64,000 bases of DNA. Source: Alphaproteobacteria bacterium. Its GTDB lineage: Bacteria > Pseudomonadota > Alphaproteobacteria > UBA828. Position 1 is the first letter of the stretch, and every line of letters starts with the position of its first letter. A program made the position numbers and the translations under genes. Below are positions 30,521 through 43,885 of the stretch, piece after piece. The notes beneath the pieces are model-generated. The model had not been told where the DNA came from, searched no databases, and saw only the letters and a list, made by a program, of their open reading frames with translations. The stretch lies in assembly GCA_963422645.2 (NCBI GenBank), contig CAXXVO010000014.1:1-64000 (forward strand), written 5' to 3'.

Positions 30521-31230
30521 ACGGGGCGCCAGAGACGGTGCTGGCGACCCACGAGCTCACCGCGTCCTATGGGGACTTCCAGGCGCTCTTCGGCATCGAC
30601 GTGCATGTCGCGCGCGGCGAGACCGTCGCCATCATCGGGGCCAACGGGGCGGGGAAGTCGACCTTCCTCAGGAGCGTGGTCGGGCAGCTGCCGTCCGCGC
30701 GGGAGCAGGTCACGTTCGAGGGCGCGCCCATCGGCCATCTGCCGGCCCACGAGATCGTGCGCCGCGGCGTGGCGCTCGTGCCCGAGGGGCGGCTGCTCTT
30801 CCCCTCACTCTCGGTGGAGGAGAACCTGCGTCTCGGCGCCTACGGCAAGCGCCCGGGGCCCTGGCGGATCGAACGCGTCCACGAGCTCTTCCCGGTCCTG
30901 CGGGAGCGCCGCGCGACGCCGGGCACCGCGCTCAGCGGCGGCGAGCAGCAGATGTGCGCCATCGGCCGCGCCCTGATGAGCAACCCGACGCTCCTGCTTT
31001 GCGACGAGCTCAGCCTGGGGCTCGCCCCCGTCATCATCCGGCAGATCTACACCGTGCTCCCGGTGATCGTCGCCGAGGGGACGACCGTCGTCGTGGTCGA
31101 GCAGGACATCAATCAGGCACTCTCCATCGCCGACCGCGTCTATTGCTTTCAGGAGGGCCGCGTCTCGCTCCAGGGCAGGCCGGACGACCTCTCCCGCGAA
31201 GACGTCGCCACGGCCTATTTCGGGGTGTAG
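30517..31230 (+). CDS. ABC ATP-binding protein (LivF type)
   Basis: GANGAGKS, LSGGEQQ and DELSLGLAP. Confidence 0.93.
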   Translation: MNGAPETVLATHELTASYGDFQALFGIDVHVARGETVAIIGANGAGKSTFLRSVVGQLPSAREQVTFEGAPIGHLPAHEIVRRGVALVPEGRLLFPSLSVEENLRLGAYGKRPGPWRIERVHELFPVLRERRATPGTALSGGEQQMCAIGRALMSNPTLLLCDELSLGLAPVIIRQIYTVLPVIVAEGTTVVVVEQDINQALSIADRVYCFQEGRVSLQGRPDDLSREDVATAYFGV

Positions 31231-31272
31231 TGCGAATGCCCCCAGCCCGCGCACAAGCCGCCTGAGCCCGCG

Positions 31273-32142
31273 ATGGGGTGGCTCGACGCCATCATCCAGG
31301 GCGTGCTGCTGGGCGGGCTCTACGCGCTCTTCGCCACCGGGCTCTCGCTGATCTTCGGCGTGATGCGGCTGGTCAACATCGCCCATGGCGATCTGATCGT
31401 GCTCGCCGCCTTCCTCGGCCTCGCCATGTTCAACGGCACCGGCGTGCACCCGCTCATCAGCCTGATCGTCATTGTGCCGGTGATGGCGGTGATCGGCTAC
31501 GCGCTCCAGCGTGGCATCCTCAACCTCACGTTGGGCCGCGACATCCTGCCGCCGCTGCTGGTGACCTTCGGCCTCTCCATCATCATCCAGAACGTCCTCT
31601 TGGAGGTGTTCTCGGCAGATACGCAGCGGCTCAAGGCCGGCGCGCTGGAGACCGCGAGCATCGCCATCGGCGAGCAGATCGCCATCGGCTGGTTTCCGCT
31701 CATCGTCTTCCTGTCGGCGGTCGGCGTGATCGCAAGCCTGCAGCTCGTGCTTTTCCGCACGCGGCTGGGGACTGCCTTCCGCGCGACCTCCGACGACCAC
31801 CAGACCGCGGCGCTGATGGGCATCGACAACCGCCACGTCTTCGCGCTCGCCATGGCGCTTGCGCTCGCGGTGGTCGCGCTCGCGGGCACTTTCATGGCGA
31901 TCCGCACCAACTTCTCGCCCTCCATCGGGCCGGCGCGGCTGCTCTACGCCTTCGAGGCCGTGATCATCGGCGGGCTGGGGAGCCTGTGGGGCACCCTCGC
32001 CGGCGGCGTGATCCTGGGCGTGGCCCAGGCCATCGGCGCCAAGTTCCACCCCGGTGGGCAGATCCTCGCGGGGCATGTCGCGTTCCTGATCGTGCTCGTG
32101 CTCCGGCCCAACGGGCTATTTCCGCGCACGAGGGACCGGTGA
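31273..32142 (+). CDS. ABC permease (LivH type)
   Basis: GLSLIFGVMRLVNIAHG and IIGGLGS. Confidence 0.93.
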   Translation: MGWLDAIIQGVLLGGLYALFATGLSLIFGVMRLVNIAHGDLIVLAAFLGLAMFNGTGVHPLISLIVIVPVMAVIGYALQRGILNLTLGRDILPPLLVTFGLSIIIQNVLLEVFSADTQRLKAGALETASIAIGEQIAIGWFPLIVFLSAVGVIASLQLVLFRTRLGTAFRATSDDHQTAALMGIDNRHVFALAMALALAVVALAGTFMAIRTNFSPSIGPARLLYAFEAVIIGGLGSLWGTLAGGVILGVAQAIGAKFHPGGQILAGHVAFLIVLVLRPNGLFPRTRDR

Positions 32143-33209
32143 GCGAAGGCACGGCCGCTTACAGGGTCGAGCGCGGCACGCGCGCGAGCCGCTACGGCGC
32201 GCTGGTCGCGATACTCGGCCTCGCGGTCCTGATCTCGCTCCCCTTCTGGGGCGGTCGCGCGGACATGCGGACGATCGTCGAGATCGCCTACTACCTCGCC
32301 CTCGCGCAGCTCTGGAATCTGCTCGCGGGCTACGCCGGGCTGGTCTCGGTCGGCCAGCAGGCGTTCCTGGGGCTCGGCGGCTACGCGCTCTTCGTGTTCG
32401 CGATGAACGCGGGTGTTCACCCCATCGCGGCGATCCCGCTTGCGGGCATCGCAGCCGCGCTCTTCGCCGTTCCGACGGCGTTTATCGTGTTCCGCCTGCG
32501 GGGCGCCTATTTCGCCATCGGCACCTGGGTCGTGGCCGAGGTTTACATGCTCTCCTTCGCGCAGGTCTCGGCGCTCGGCGGCGGCTCCGGCATGAGCCTG
32601 CCTGCGGCGGTGGTGAAGGGCATCGCCGCAGGCCGCATGTGGCGGGAAACGACCATCTACTGGACCGGGCTCGCGATTGCCGTCGGGGCCATCGCGCTGG
32701 TCTACCTGCTGCTGCGCTCACGCCACGGCCTCGCGCTGACCGCGATCCGGGATTCGGAGGAGGCGTCCGGCAGCCTCGGCGTCGACAACTTCCGCACCAA
32801 GATCTGGGTCTATATCGTCGCCGCCTTCGGTACCGGCATGGTCGGCGCGCTGGTCTTCCTCACCAAGCTCCGTATCTCGCCGGAGGCCGGCTTCAACGTG
32901 ATCGACTGGACCGCCAACGTCATCTTCATCGTCGTGATCGGCGGGATCGGCACCATCGAGGGGCCGATCATCGGGGTCATCATCTTCTTCGCGCTGCGCG
33001 AGCTGCTCGCGGACTTCGGCAGTTGGTACCTGATCGTGCTGGGTGCCGCTGCGGTGCTGATGATGCTGCGCGCACCGCAGGGTGTCTGGGGCCTGGTCGC
33101 CGAGCGCTTCGATATCCGCTTCTTCCCGGTGCAGCGCCGCCTCGTTTTCGATCCCGCGTCCTTCAGCTTCGTCGCGGACGCCCGGGAGGAGAACGACCGC
33201 AACCCGTGA
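32139..33209 (+). CDS. ABC permease (LivM type)
   Basis: WNLLAGYAGLVSVGQ, RLRGAYFAI and IGGIGT. Confidence 0.92.
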   Translation: MSEGTAAYRVERGTRASRYGALVAILGLAVLISLPFWGGRADMRTIVEIAYYLALAQLWNLLAGYAGLVSVGQQAFLGLGGYALFVFAMNAGVHPIAAIPLAGIAAALFAVPTAFIVFRLRGAYFAIGTWVVAEVYMLSFAQVSALGGGSGMSLPAAVVKGIAAGRMWRETTIYWTGLAIAVGAIALVYLLLRSRHGLALTAIRDSEEASGSLGVDNFRTKIWVYIVAAFGTGMVGALVFLTKLRISPEAGFNVIDWTANVIFIVVIGGIGTIEGPIIGVIIFFALRELLADFGSWYLIVLGAAAVLMMLRAPQGVWGLVAERFDIRFFPVQRRLVFDPASFSFVADAREENDRNP

Positions 33210-33243
33210 TCCTTCGGGCGGGTGTGACTCGGTCTGTCTGCGC

Positions 33244-34059
33244 CTACTTCACTGCGCCGAGGGCGAGGCCGCGGATCATGTGCCGCTGAATCACGAACAC
33301 CACGATCAGCATCGGCACGAGCTGGATCACCACCGCCGCAGAGAGCGGACCCCAGAGCACGTTGTAGAGGTCGATCATCTTGGCGATCTGCACCGGGATC
33401 GTGACGGCCTTGTAGCTCGTGAGATAGAGCGCGAAGAGGAACTCGTTCCACGCGAAGACGAAGGTGAAGACCGCGGTGACCGCGATGCCCGAGGTCGCCA
33501 TCGGCAGCATGATGCGCCAGATGATCGAGAACCAGCCGAGGCCGTCGAGCCGCGCCGCCTCCTCGACCTCGCGCGGCAGGTCGAGCAGGAAGCCGCGCAT
33601 CAGCCACACCGCGAAGGGCAGGCCGTAGGCCACGTAGACGATGATCATGCCGAGGTGGCTGTCGGTGAGCCCGGTCCACTGCGCCATCAGGAAGTAGGGC
33701 AGCGCAATGACCACGCCGGGCATGAAGCGGAGCGAGAGGATCAGCAGCGACATTCCGTCGGCGCCCCGCATCTTCATCCGCGCGAGCGCGTAGGCCGAGA
33801 TCAGCGCCAGGAACAACGTTATGATTGTGGAGACAATGACGATGATCGCGCTGTTGAGGATGGCCTGCGCGAAATCGAAGCGCTCGAACGTCGTGTGGTA
33901 GTGCTCCAGCGTCGGATCGAAGGCGAATCGCGGCTTCGGGGCGTTGATCACGTTGGTCGGCTTGACCGAGGTCATCGCGATCCAATAGAGCGGCGCGAGG
34001 TAGACCGCGACCACGACCACCGCGCCGATATCCAGGAATCTTCTAAGCGGCGTGCGCAT
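33244..34059 (-). CDS. Carbohydrate ABC permease
   Basis: EEAARLDG EAA loop; FAWNEF. Confidence 0.92.
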   Translation of the reverse strand: MRTPLRRFLDIGAVVVVAVYLAPLYWIAMTSVKPTNVINAPKPRFAFDPTLEHYHTTFERFDFAQAILNSAIIVIVSTIITLFLALISAYALARMKMRGADGMSLLILSLRFMPGVVIALPYFLMAQWTGLTDSHLGMIIVYVAYGLPFAVWLMRGFLLDLPREVEEAARLDGLGWFSIIWRIMLPMATSGIAVTAVFTFVFAWNEFLFALYLTSYKAVTIPVQIAKMIDLYNVLWGPLSAAVVIQLVPMLIVVFVIQRHMIRGLALGAVK

Positions 34060-35003
34060 CAGGCGCCCATCTTCTGCCGCGTCGCCTTCTCCTGGCGATG
34101 CAGGACCCGCAGGAAGCTGATCACCACGATGTTGATGGCTATCACCATGAGCACGCCGTAGGCCGCCATGACGCCGAGCCGGCCGGCGTGGAAGATCGAG
34201 TAGATGTTCATGCTGGCGAGCAGCGTGGACGAGCCGGGCCCGCCCCGCGTGATGATGAGGATCACGTCGAAGATGCGGATCTCATCGACCAGCCTCAGCA
34301 GCAGCACCACCGTCACCACGGGCCAGATCAGCGGCAGCACGATGCGGCGCAAATAGGTGAGGCCGCGCACGCGGTCGAGCCGCGCGGCCTCGACCACCTC
34401 GGGGGAGATTCCCTGCATGCCCGCGAGCAGGATGAGCGTGACGAAGGGCGTCCACTGCCAGATGTCGACGATCATCACCGAGAGCAGCGCCGTGTCCGGG
34501 TGGGTGTGCCACAGGCTCTTCTCGAGGCCCACGCCCTGGAGCAGGTAGTTGAGCAGGCCGCCGATGGGCTCGAACATCGCCCGCCAGGAGAGCCCGAGCG
34601 CCACCGGCGTGATGAACACCGGGATGACGATGAGGGTTCTCAGAATGCCGATACCGCGCATCGACGTGTCGAGCAGCATGGCGAGGAAGAGGCCCAGGAT
34701 GAGCTGGACCGGCACCGTGATGGCGCACCAGATGCCGGCGAGCCGGAGCGTCCTCCAGAACGTGTCGTCGTTGAAGAAGAGGAACTCGAAATTGCGCGGG
34801 CCGACCCAGCGTGCCGCCAACGGGTTGAACAGGTTGTCGCTGCGGAACGCCGTGGCCAGCGTCCAGCCAAGGGGATAGACCGCGAGCCCGATCAGGATGA
34901 GGAGAGTCGGAAGGACGAGGAGATACGCGATCCGGTTCTCGCTCAACTGTAGAAAAGGCTGGCGGCGCACCCTGGGGGTGCCCGCCAGCCCTGGTACCGT
35001 CAT
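34059..35003 (-). CDS. Carbohydrate ABC permease
   Basis: WQWTPF, EAARLD and TRGGPG. Confidence 0.92.
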   Translation of the reverse strand: MTVPGLAGTPRVRRQPFLQLSENRIAYLLVLPTLLILIGLAVYPLGWTLATAFRSDNLFNPLAARWVGPRNFEFLFFNDDTFWRTLRLAGIWCAITVPVQLILGLFLAMLLDTSMRGIGILRTLIVIPVFITPVALGLSWRAMFEPIGGLLNYLLQGVGLEKSLWHTHPDTALLSVMIVDIWQWTPFVTLILLAGMQGISPEVVEAARLDRVRGLTYLRRIVLPLIWPVVTVVLLLRLVDEIRIFDVILIITRGGPGSSTLLASMNIYSIFHAGRLGVMAAYGVLMVIAINIVVISFLRVLHRQEKATRQKMGA

Positions 35004-35012
35004 GCAGAACGC

Positions 35013-36434
35013 TTAGTCGTAGTAGCCGTTATCCGCCATGATCTGGCGCTGCGCCGCGTCGATGTCTACGAGCGCCTCTTCCATGCCCTTCTCGCCCGCG
35101 ATCACCGCGGCGACGTCGTTGCCGAGCGTGTCGGCGAGCGTGAAGGTCGGCGGCACCCAGACGAAGCCCGGCGTGCAGATCGGGATCGATTTGGCAAGCG
35201 CATCGAAGTAGGGCTGCTTGTCCGCGTACTTGTTCAGCAGCGAAGTCCGCGCCGGCTGCCCGGCCGCGTTGACGAAGTCCTCGCCAATGCGGGTGTCGAC
35301 ATAATCGCCCGAGCTCATGTGCTTGACCCACTCGAACGCGGCCCGATGGTCGTCGCCGAAGCTATTGACGTAGAAGCCGAAGCCGCCCATCAGTGGTTCC
35401 TGCTTGCTCTCCGGTGTTTCGCCCCCGGGCACGACATCCGAGCGGAAGTGCGCGTGGTGATCCGTGAAGTTCGAATCCTGCAGCACCGAGGTGCCCCACT
35501 CCATCGGCGCGAACACGGCGGAGCCCTTGGCGAGCACCGAGTTCGCCTCCTCGTCTGTCGCGTTCAACGTGATCGGGTGGCGATACTCCATCAGCTTGAG
35601 CAGCATCGAGAACGCCTTATGGCCGATCTCGGTGTTAAACTGCGGCTCCCAGTTCTCGTCGAACCAGACGCCGCCGTAGGAGCGGACCATCTGGTAGAGC
35701 TCCAGGCCGGCGAAGAGGCCGCGGCGCCCGGTCGTGACGAAGCCGTAGATGTCGTTGTCAGGATCGTGCAGGGCCTTGCAGACCTCGATGGTCTCTTCCC
35801 AGGTTGTCGGAACCTGGGTGATGCCCGCCTCGTCGAACTTGTCCTGGCGGTAGTACATCAGCTTCGTGTTGCTATCGAAGGCGATGGACGCGTGGTGGCC
35901 CTCCGGCGTCTGCGGGAAGTTGTAGCCCACGGTAACGTTGGCCGGGACGTCGGCGTGGTAGTCGTCCAGCCAGCCCTGGTCCTCGGCGAGCCACTCGTCG
36001 AGGTTGAGCGGCGTGCCGATGGTGCCGATCGACGACACCACGTTGTGGTCGTTGATGGCGCAGTTGTAGGAGTCCGACTTGGACGCCGCGTAGATCTGCA
36101 TCTTGGTGTAGGCCTCGCCCACCGGCTCCGCGATGATCTTCACGTTGACGTTGGGGAAGCGCTCCTTGAAGGTCCCGACCACGGCTTCGAGCGGCAGGCC
36201 CCAGCGCTGGCCGGCGAAGGTGTAGGCCACCACGTCGCCCTTGAGGCTGTCGTCGGTGTACCAGCCCGGCCCGTTGGTGTCGGACGCGCGCGCCCACTTG
36301 GGCGCGATGCCGACGCCGGCAGCCGCAGCCATGGCTGCCGATAGCTGGAGCATCTGACGGCGCGTCATCTTCGCCCGCATGTCGCGAGCGTGCTCCATTG
36401 ACTGTTTGTAAAGAGTCTCTCTGTCTGTACCCAT
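35013..36434 (-). CDS. Sugar ABC solute-binding protein (Tat signal)
   Basis: TRRQML, YYRQDKF and PTTWEE. Confidence 0.88.
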   Translation of the reverse strand: MGTDRETLYKQSMEHARDMRAKMTRRQMLQLSAAMAAAAGVGIAPKWARASDTNGPGWYTDDSLKGDVVAYTFAGQRWGLPLEAVVGTFKERFPNVNVKIIAEPVGEAYTKMQIYAASKSDSYNCAINDHNVVSSIGTIGTPLNLDEWLAEDQGWLDDYHADVPANVTVGYNFPQTPEGHHASIAFDSNTKLMYYRQDKFDEAGITQVPTTWEETIEVCKALHDPDNDIYGFVTTGRRGLFAGLELYQMVRSYGGVWFDENWEPQFNTEIGHKAFSMLLKLMEYRHPITLNATDEEANSVLAKGSAVFAPMEWGTSVLQDSNFTDHHAHFRSDVVPGGETPESKQEPLMGGFGFYVNSFGDDHRAAFEWVKHMSSGDYVDTRIGEDFVNAAGQPARTSLLNKYADKQPYFDALAKSIPICTPGFVWVPPTFTLADTLGNDVAAVIAGEKGMEEALVDIDAAQRQIMADNGYYD

Positions 36435-36546
36435 GTGAACCTCCCCTGAGTTTTGTATTTTACGGCGATGACTATAGCGCCGCTCCGTGGCGGGTGTATA
36501 CGCTGACGAAGCCCTAGACTCGGCGGCCAAGCAGCGGAGAGCCCCC

Positions 36547-37890
36547 ATGTCCTACTGGATCAGCCAGAGCGTCGATGGTGCGCCCTTGCCCAAGGCGGTT
36601 CGCGCCGAAGGCGTCTACGTCTACGGCGAGGACGGCAAGCGCTACATCGACAGCACCGGCGGGCCGGGGTTGTTCTCGCTCGGCCACGGACATCCCGAGG
36701 TGACGGCGGCGATCAAGGACCAGTTCGATCAGCTGGCCTACGGCTTCAGCATGACCTTCACGACGGACGTGGTGGAGGAGCTCTCCGAGACCATCGTGAC
36801 CGCCGCCGGCGCGGATCATTTCGGCGGCGTCTTCTATTCGTCGAGCGGGTCCGAGGCCAACGAGCACGCGCTTAAGGCCGCGCGGCAATATCACCTGGCG
36901 CGCGGCGAGCCCGAGCGGACCCACTTCATCGGCCGCAGGCTCTCCTGGCACGGGGCGACGCTCGGCGTGCTCGACGTCGGCCATCACGTCTGGCGGCGGA
37001 GCCTCTACGAGAGCGAACTCGGCCGCGCGACCCATGTCTCCGCGCCGATGCTCTACCGCCCGCCCGAGGGCGTGGCATCGGAGGACCTCGCGCAGCACTA
37101 CGCGGACGAGCTCGACGCCGAGATCAGGCGCGTAGGCCCCTCGCGCGTCGCGGCCTTCATCTTCGAGCCAGTCGGCGGCGGCACCGGCGGCATCCTGCCG
37201 CCGCCCGCCGGCTACGCCCAGGCCATGCGCGCGGCCTGCGACCACCACGGCGTGCTCATGATCGCGGACGAGATCTTCTGCGGCGTGGGCCGCACCGGCA
37301 AATGGCGGGCGCTGGAGCACGAGGACGTGCAGCCCGACATCATGACCATCGCCAAGGGGCTCTCCGGCGGCTACATGCCGCTCAGCGCCTGCGTGCTCTC
37401 GCGCCAGGTGCGCGAGGCGATCGACGGTGCCTACGGCAATCTCGAAGCGGCCCGCACCTATTCCGGCCACACCGCCGCCTGCGCGGCAGGGCGTGCCGTG
37501 CTGGGCATCATCGAGCGCGACGGGCTGGTGGAGAAGGTCGCGACCGACGGCATCTACCTCAAGGAGCGGCTGGACCGGGCCTTGGGCCAGAACGACGCGG
37601 TCGGCGATATCCGGGGCTGCGGCCTCATGTGGGGGATCGAGCTGGTCAAAGACCGCGACACCAAAGAGCCGTTCGATCCCGCGCTCCAGGTGTGGAGGCG
37701 CTACCGGGACGCGGCGCTGGAGAACGGCATGCTCAGCTATCAGGGCGGGGCCATCATCGACGGCAAGCGCGGCGATTACGCTCTCGTCGCCCCGGCCTAC
37801 ACGGCGACGCGGGACGAACTCGACGAGATCGTCGACAGGGTCGCCCTCTCGATCCGCCAGGCCGTGCAATCAGCGCGCGACGCTGCGTGA
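36547..37890 (+). CDS. Class III PLP aminotransferase
   Basis: SGSEAN, WHGAT, FIFEPV, IADEIFCGVGRTG and AKGLSGGY. Confidence 0.92.
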   Translation: MSYWISQSVDGAPLPKAVRAEGVYVYGEDGKRYIDSTGGPGLFSLGHGHPEVTAAIKDQFDQLAYGFSMTFTTDVVEELSETIVTAAGADHFGGVFYSSSGSEANEHALKAARQYHLARGEPERTHFIGRRLSWHGATLGVLDVGHHVWRRSLYESELGRATHVSAPMLYRPPEGVASEDLAQHYADELDAEIRRVGPSRVAAFIFEPVGGGTGGILPPPAGYAQAMRAACDHHGVLMIADEIFCGVGRTGKWRALEHEDVQPDIMTIAKGLSGGYMPLSACVLSRQVREAIDGAYGNLEAARTYSGHTAACAAGRAVLGIIERDGLVEKVATDGIYLKERLDRALGQNDAVGDIRGCGLMWGIELVKDRDTKEPFDPALQVWRRYRDAALENGMLSYQGGAIIDGKRGDYALVAPAYTATRDELDEIVDRVALSIRQAVQSARDAA

Positions 37891-37949
37891 TCAGACGAAT
37901 TGACCCGCTGGTTCCCTCGTGCGCGCACCGGTGAGGCGAGGGGGCTTCC

Positions 37950-39122
37950 TCAGGCGACCTGGAACTGCTCGACGGCATCTTCGTTGAGCGAGATGCCGAG
38001 CCCCGGCTCGGTGGGCGCCGGGATGACACCGTCGACGAAGGTGAACTCTTCGACCGTCAAGTCGCTGCGCAACCGCGAGTCCGCGAGCTGCGGGGGCAGG
38101 AACTCGATGAAGGGGCAGTTGCCGGCGACGATGGCAAGATGCAGGGAGGCGGCGATGCCGATGGCGGACTTCCAGCAATGGGGCACGACGATGACGCCGC
38201 GATCGCGCGCCTGCTCGGCAACGCGACGGGCCTCGGTGAGACCGCCGACGCGGCCGACATCGGGCTGGATCACGTCGACCCCGCCGCGGTCCATTGCCTC
38301 CAGGCACTCGAAGCGGGTGTTGAGCCACTCGCCGACGGCGACGCGCATCGGCGAGGCGGCGCAAAGCTTGCCATAGCCCTCCAGGTCGTCGGTGGGCAGC
38401 GGCGTCTCGATGAAATAGATGTCGGCGTCAGCAAACATCTCGATCGCGCGCAGGGCGGCTCTCCAGTCCGGCCAGCAGTAGGCGACATCGACGGCAAGAA
38501 TCATCTCCGGTCCCACGGCCTCGCGACAGGCGTGCACCACGTCGGCAATCGCGCGGTCGTCTTCGATCTGGATCGCATTGTGGGAGTAGGGGCCCTTGAT
38601 GCAGACCTCGAGCTTTGCAGCGCGGAAGCCGAGCTCCTTCGCCCCCTTGGCGCGTGCCACGAGGGACTCCGTGTAGGCGTCGAGGTCGTCGCCCTCGGGC
38701 AGGAGCGAGGCGTAGGGCACGGCATGGGGCTGGCGCTTGCCGCCCAGGACCTCCCAGACCGGCTTGCCCTCGGCCTTGGCGCGCAGATCCCAGAGCGCCA
38801 TGTCGAGGGCGCCGATGGCGCAGATGCCGAGGCCGCGGCGTCCGGTCATGGCAGAACCGGTATAGAGCCGCTCCCAGATGCCCTCGACATCGCGCGGGTC
38901 GGCACCCATCAGCATTTCCTTCAGGCCCAGTCCCATGCAGTGGGTGCCCGGCGCCTCGATGGTCGCCTTGGCAGCCCAGGGATTGGTGTCGGTTTCGCCG
39001 ATGCCGACCAGACCCTCGTCGGTATGGATCTTGACGACCAAGTCGTCCTGGGCCGAGCTGCAAGCCTCGGCGTCAAAATCGGGCACCAGCAGAACCAGGC
39101 ATTCGATATCGGTGATCTTCAT
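37950..39122 (-). CDS. Mandelate racemase / muconate lactonising enzyme family protein
   Basis: DMALWD, KLE, D/E/E metal ligands, QPD and PGLG. Confidence 0.92.
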   Translation of the reverse strand: MKITDIECLVLLVPDFDAEACSSAQDDLVVKIHTDEGLVGIGETDTNPWAAKATIEAPGTHCMGLGLKEMLMGADPRDVEGIWERLYTGSAMTGRRGLGICAIGALDMALWDLRAKAEGKPVWEVLGGKRQPHAVPYASLLPEGDDLDAYTESLVARAKGAKELGFRAAKLEVCIKGPYSHNAIQIEDDRAIADVVHACREAVGPEMILAVDVAYCWPDWRAALRAIEMFADADIYFIETPLPTDDLEGYGKLCAASPMRVAVGEWLNTRFECLEAMDRGGVDVIQPDVGRVGGLTEARRVAEQARDRGVIVVPHCWKSAIGIAASLHLAIVAGNCPFIEFLPPQLADSRLRSDLTVEEFTFVDGVIPAPTEPGLGISLNEDAVEQFQVA

Positions 39123-39365
39123 GGTTGTCTCTTCGTTTCATTGGGATGGGACGCAGATGCCTGACTCTGGAACCGTGTCGACTGCCGTGCCTCTTCGAGC
39201 CGGCGATGGCAGCGCATACGGTTGGCGAGACGGGACAGACCCTTCTTATCGCACACCGCGCCAACCGGCCAAGTCCGCTTGACGCACGGTGCGCGCGGCC
39301 GTTTGGCGCGGCATAGTGGCGAAGCGGCGCCTGCAGTCCGCGATGTGCAACAGGTGAGACGCATC

Positions 39366-40282
39366 ATGGGGACGATGATCGGACTTAAGGGCCTCACCTG
39401 GGACCACCGCCGGGCCATCGATCCGATGATCGCGGCGGCGAAGGCCTTCGCCGAGCAGCGACCTGACGTGGACATCGCCTGGGACGTGCAGCCGCTTTCG
39501 GGCTTCGAGTTCCGGCCGATCGATGACATCGTCCGGGACTACGACCTGCTCGTCTTCGATCATCCTCATGTCGGTCATGCCGCTGAGGCGGGCCTGTTGC
39601 GTCCTCTCGATCACCTGTTGCCGCGCGACACGTTCATCGGCCCGTCGCTTGCGACCTATCGCTGGCAGGAGGCGCTGTGGGCGGTGCCGATCGATGCCGC
39701 CTGCCAGACCGCGTGCTACCGGCCCGATCTGCTGCCCGAGGGACCGCCCGCAACCTGGTCGGAGATGATGGCGATGGCAGGCAGACGCCGGCTCGCCTGC
39801 GGCCTCAAGGGCGTTCACGCCTTCATGTGTTTTCTCACCCTGGCCGCCAATCTGGGCGATCCCTCCAAGCAGGAGAAGGCGGGACCGCTGGTCAGGTGCG
39901 AGACGGCAGCGACGGTGCTCGCCATGCTGCGAGAGCTCGCCGCCGCCTGCCCGCCGGAGGCGCTCGACTGGAACTCCATCGCGCTGCAGGATGCCATGCG
40001 CGCGCGCGACGACCTCGCCTATTGCCCCTTGGTTTATGGCTTCGCGACCTATGCCGAAGCCGACCGCGTGCCGCAGCTGGCCTATGCCGATATCCCGGAT
40101 GCAGGCGGCCTGGGTCCGGTCGGCTCGACCATTGGCGGCGCGGGCCTCGGCGTCTCAGCCGAGACGCGCGAGGCGGATGCCGCCGAAGCCTTTGCCGCCT
40201 TCATGGCCGAGGGTGCAATCCAATGCGGCATCGTCGCGCGCTGTCACGGACAGCCCGCCCACCGTGACGCCTGGGACGACCC
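39366..40282 (+). pseudogene. ABC solute-binding protein, 5' part (interrupted by the mini-Mu)
   Basis: LKGLTWDH, DHPHVG and GSTIGGAGLGVS; breaks at AWDD|P. Confidence 0.88.
40278..40282 (+). repeat. 5-bp target-site duplication GACCC (left copy)
   Basis: Repeated at 45329-45333. Confidence 0.9.
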
Positions 40283-40386
40283 TGTAGCCGGCCAGAAGTC
40301 TTTGCGAATCGCGGCCAGAAGTCTTTGCGAATGGCCTGGAAAACAGGCTGATTTTCGGGGCTGATTCGGGCTGGAAAAACGGCCTC

Positions 40387-40452
40387 TGCATCGGCCATGC
40401 ACGGGCCGTTCAGGGGCGCGGAATTCGGTGTGCACGGCCCCTGCAAGGGTTC
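40387..40452. repeat. 11-bp phased repeats
   Basis: TGCATCGGCCA/TGCACGGGCCG/TTCAGGGGCGC/GGAATTCGGTG/TGCACGGCCCC/TGCAAGGGTTC. Confidence 0.65.
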
Positions 40453-40972
40453 TATTCCGCCTTCTCCTCCGCCTCGGGCGCGGGGGGCTGGGCGGGCCCG
40501 GCTTCGGGCGGGCGCCAGTGTCTGTCGTCGGCTGCGTCGAAGCGCTCGAGCGCGCCCGCGTCCATGGTTTCGATGCGCTTGCGGAGCGCGCGGCAGAGCC
40601 GGCGCAGGCGGTCGCGTTCGGCGTCCTGCTCCTCGGTGGCGGCGCCGCGCAGCCGCCGTCTGGCCTCGTGCTCCCAGCTCCTCGCCCCGTAGGCCTTCCG
40701 GATGCGGCGGGTTGCCTCCCGGTCGACCCCTTGCGCCCTTTCTTGCCGGAGGTCTTCGGCGGCGGCGCGCTCGCCCGCTTCGGCGATCATGGCCCATGCC
40801 GGCTTGGGGCTGGCGTCCGGGTCGGGGCCGTAGTCCGGCAGGCCGGGGATCGGGTTCCAGCCGTAGGCCTTCCATGTCGCCTCGTCGAACATCGTGTCGA
40901 TGCCGCCGGGGAAGGAGCCCGGCAGGAAGCCGTGGGCATGAGCCGGCGGATCGCGTCCTGGATGTCGATCAC
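40452..40972 (-). pseudogene. Putative tail-fibre assembly protein, frameshifted near 40935
   Basis: MIDIQDAIRRLMP continues as HGFLPG...MFDEATW...PKPAW in another frame if one C is restored. Confidence 0.55.
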
Positions 40973-40976
40973 CGTG

Positions 40977-41600
40977 TCATCCTCCGTCGGGCCGGGCGAG
41001 GGACGAGAACCTCTCTCCGTTCGACTGCGCCCACCATCGCACGAGCGAGCGGCGGATGCCGGCGGTGGCGGGTGCGACCCTGTGCCACCAGTCTGCGGGG
41101 AAGAGGACGAGCGATCCCGGCGGCGGGTCGATCCGTACGGGGCGGCGTTTCCGGCCCGGGTCCTGGAAGACCATGTCGCCGCCGGCTGCGGCGCGTTCGA
41201 CGATGAGGCTTGCGGAGACGGTCCGGTCGAGGGTGTCGGGAACTCCCCGCCCTGCGTACTGGTCGACGTGCCAGAGGCAGGCCTGTCCTGCGAAGTAACA
41301 GTTGCAGACGGCGGGCGAGGGCGTGTCCGCGCATGCGTTCAGCACCTCGCGGGCGTAGTTGCGGGCGAGGGCGTCCAGGGCGTCGGTGCAGTCTGCCGGG
41401 AGCATCCCGTCGGGCAGCCATGCCTCGTAGCAGTCGTCCGCGCCGGGGCCCCGGCGCGCGAGCGCGAGCCCGTTGACGGCTCGCTCGACCTCGGCCATTG
41501 CTCGAGGGCCGATGGCTGCGCGGACGACGCGAATGGGGGGGGTGGAACCCTCTCCGGGCTCGACCGGGGTTGATTCGCGGGGGTCTCTCACGCCGGGCAC
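40977..41600 (-). CDS. 2OG-Fe(II) oxygenase (prolyl-4-hydroxylase/PKHD-like)
   Basis: WHVD (HxD), GGD, GSLVLFP, HRVAP and RRSLV.W; start uncertain. Confidence 0.8.
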   Translation of the reverse strand: MPGVRDPRESTPVEPGEGSTPPIRVVRAAIGPRAMAEVERAVNGLALARRGPGADDCYEAWLPDGMLPADCTDALDALARNYAREVLNACADTPSPAVCNCYFAGQACLWHVDQYAGRGVPDTLDRTVSASLIVERAAAGGDMVFQDPGRKRRPVRIDPPPGSLVLFPADWWHRVAPATAGIRRSLVRWWAQSNGERFSSLARPDGG

Positions 41601-41614
41601 CGCCGTCGAATCTC

Positions 41615-43885
<2,271 letters not shown>
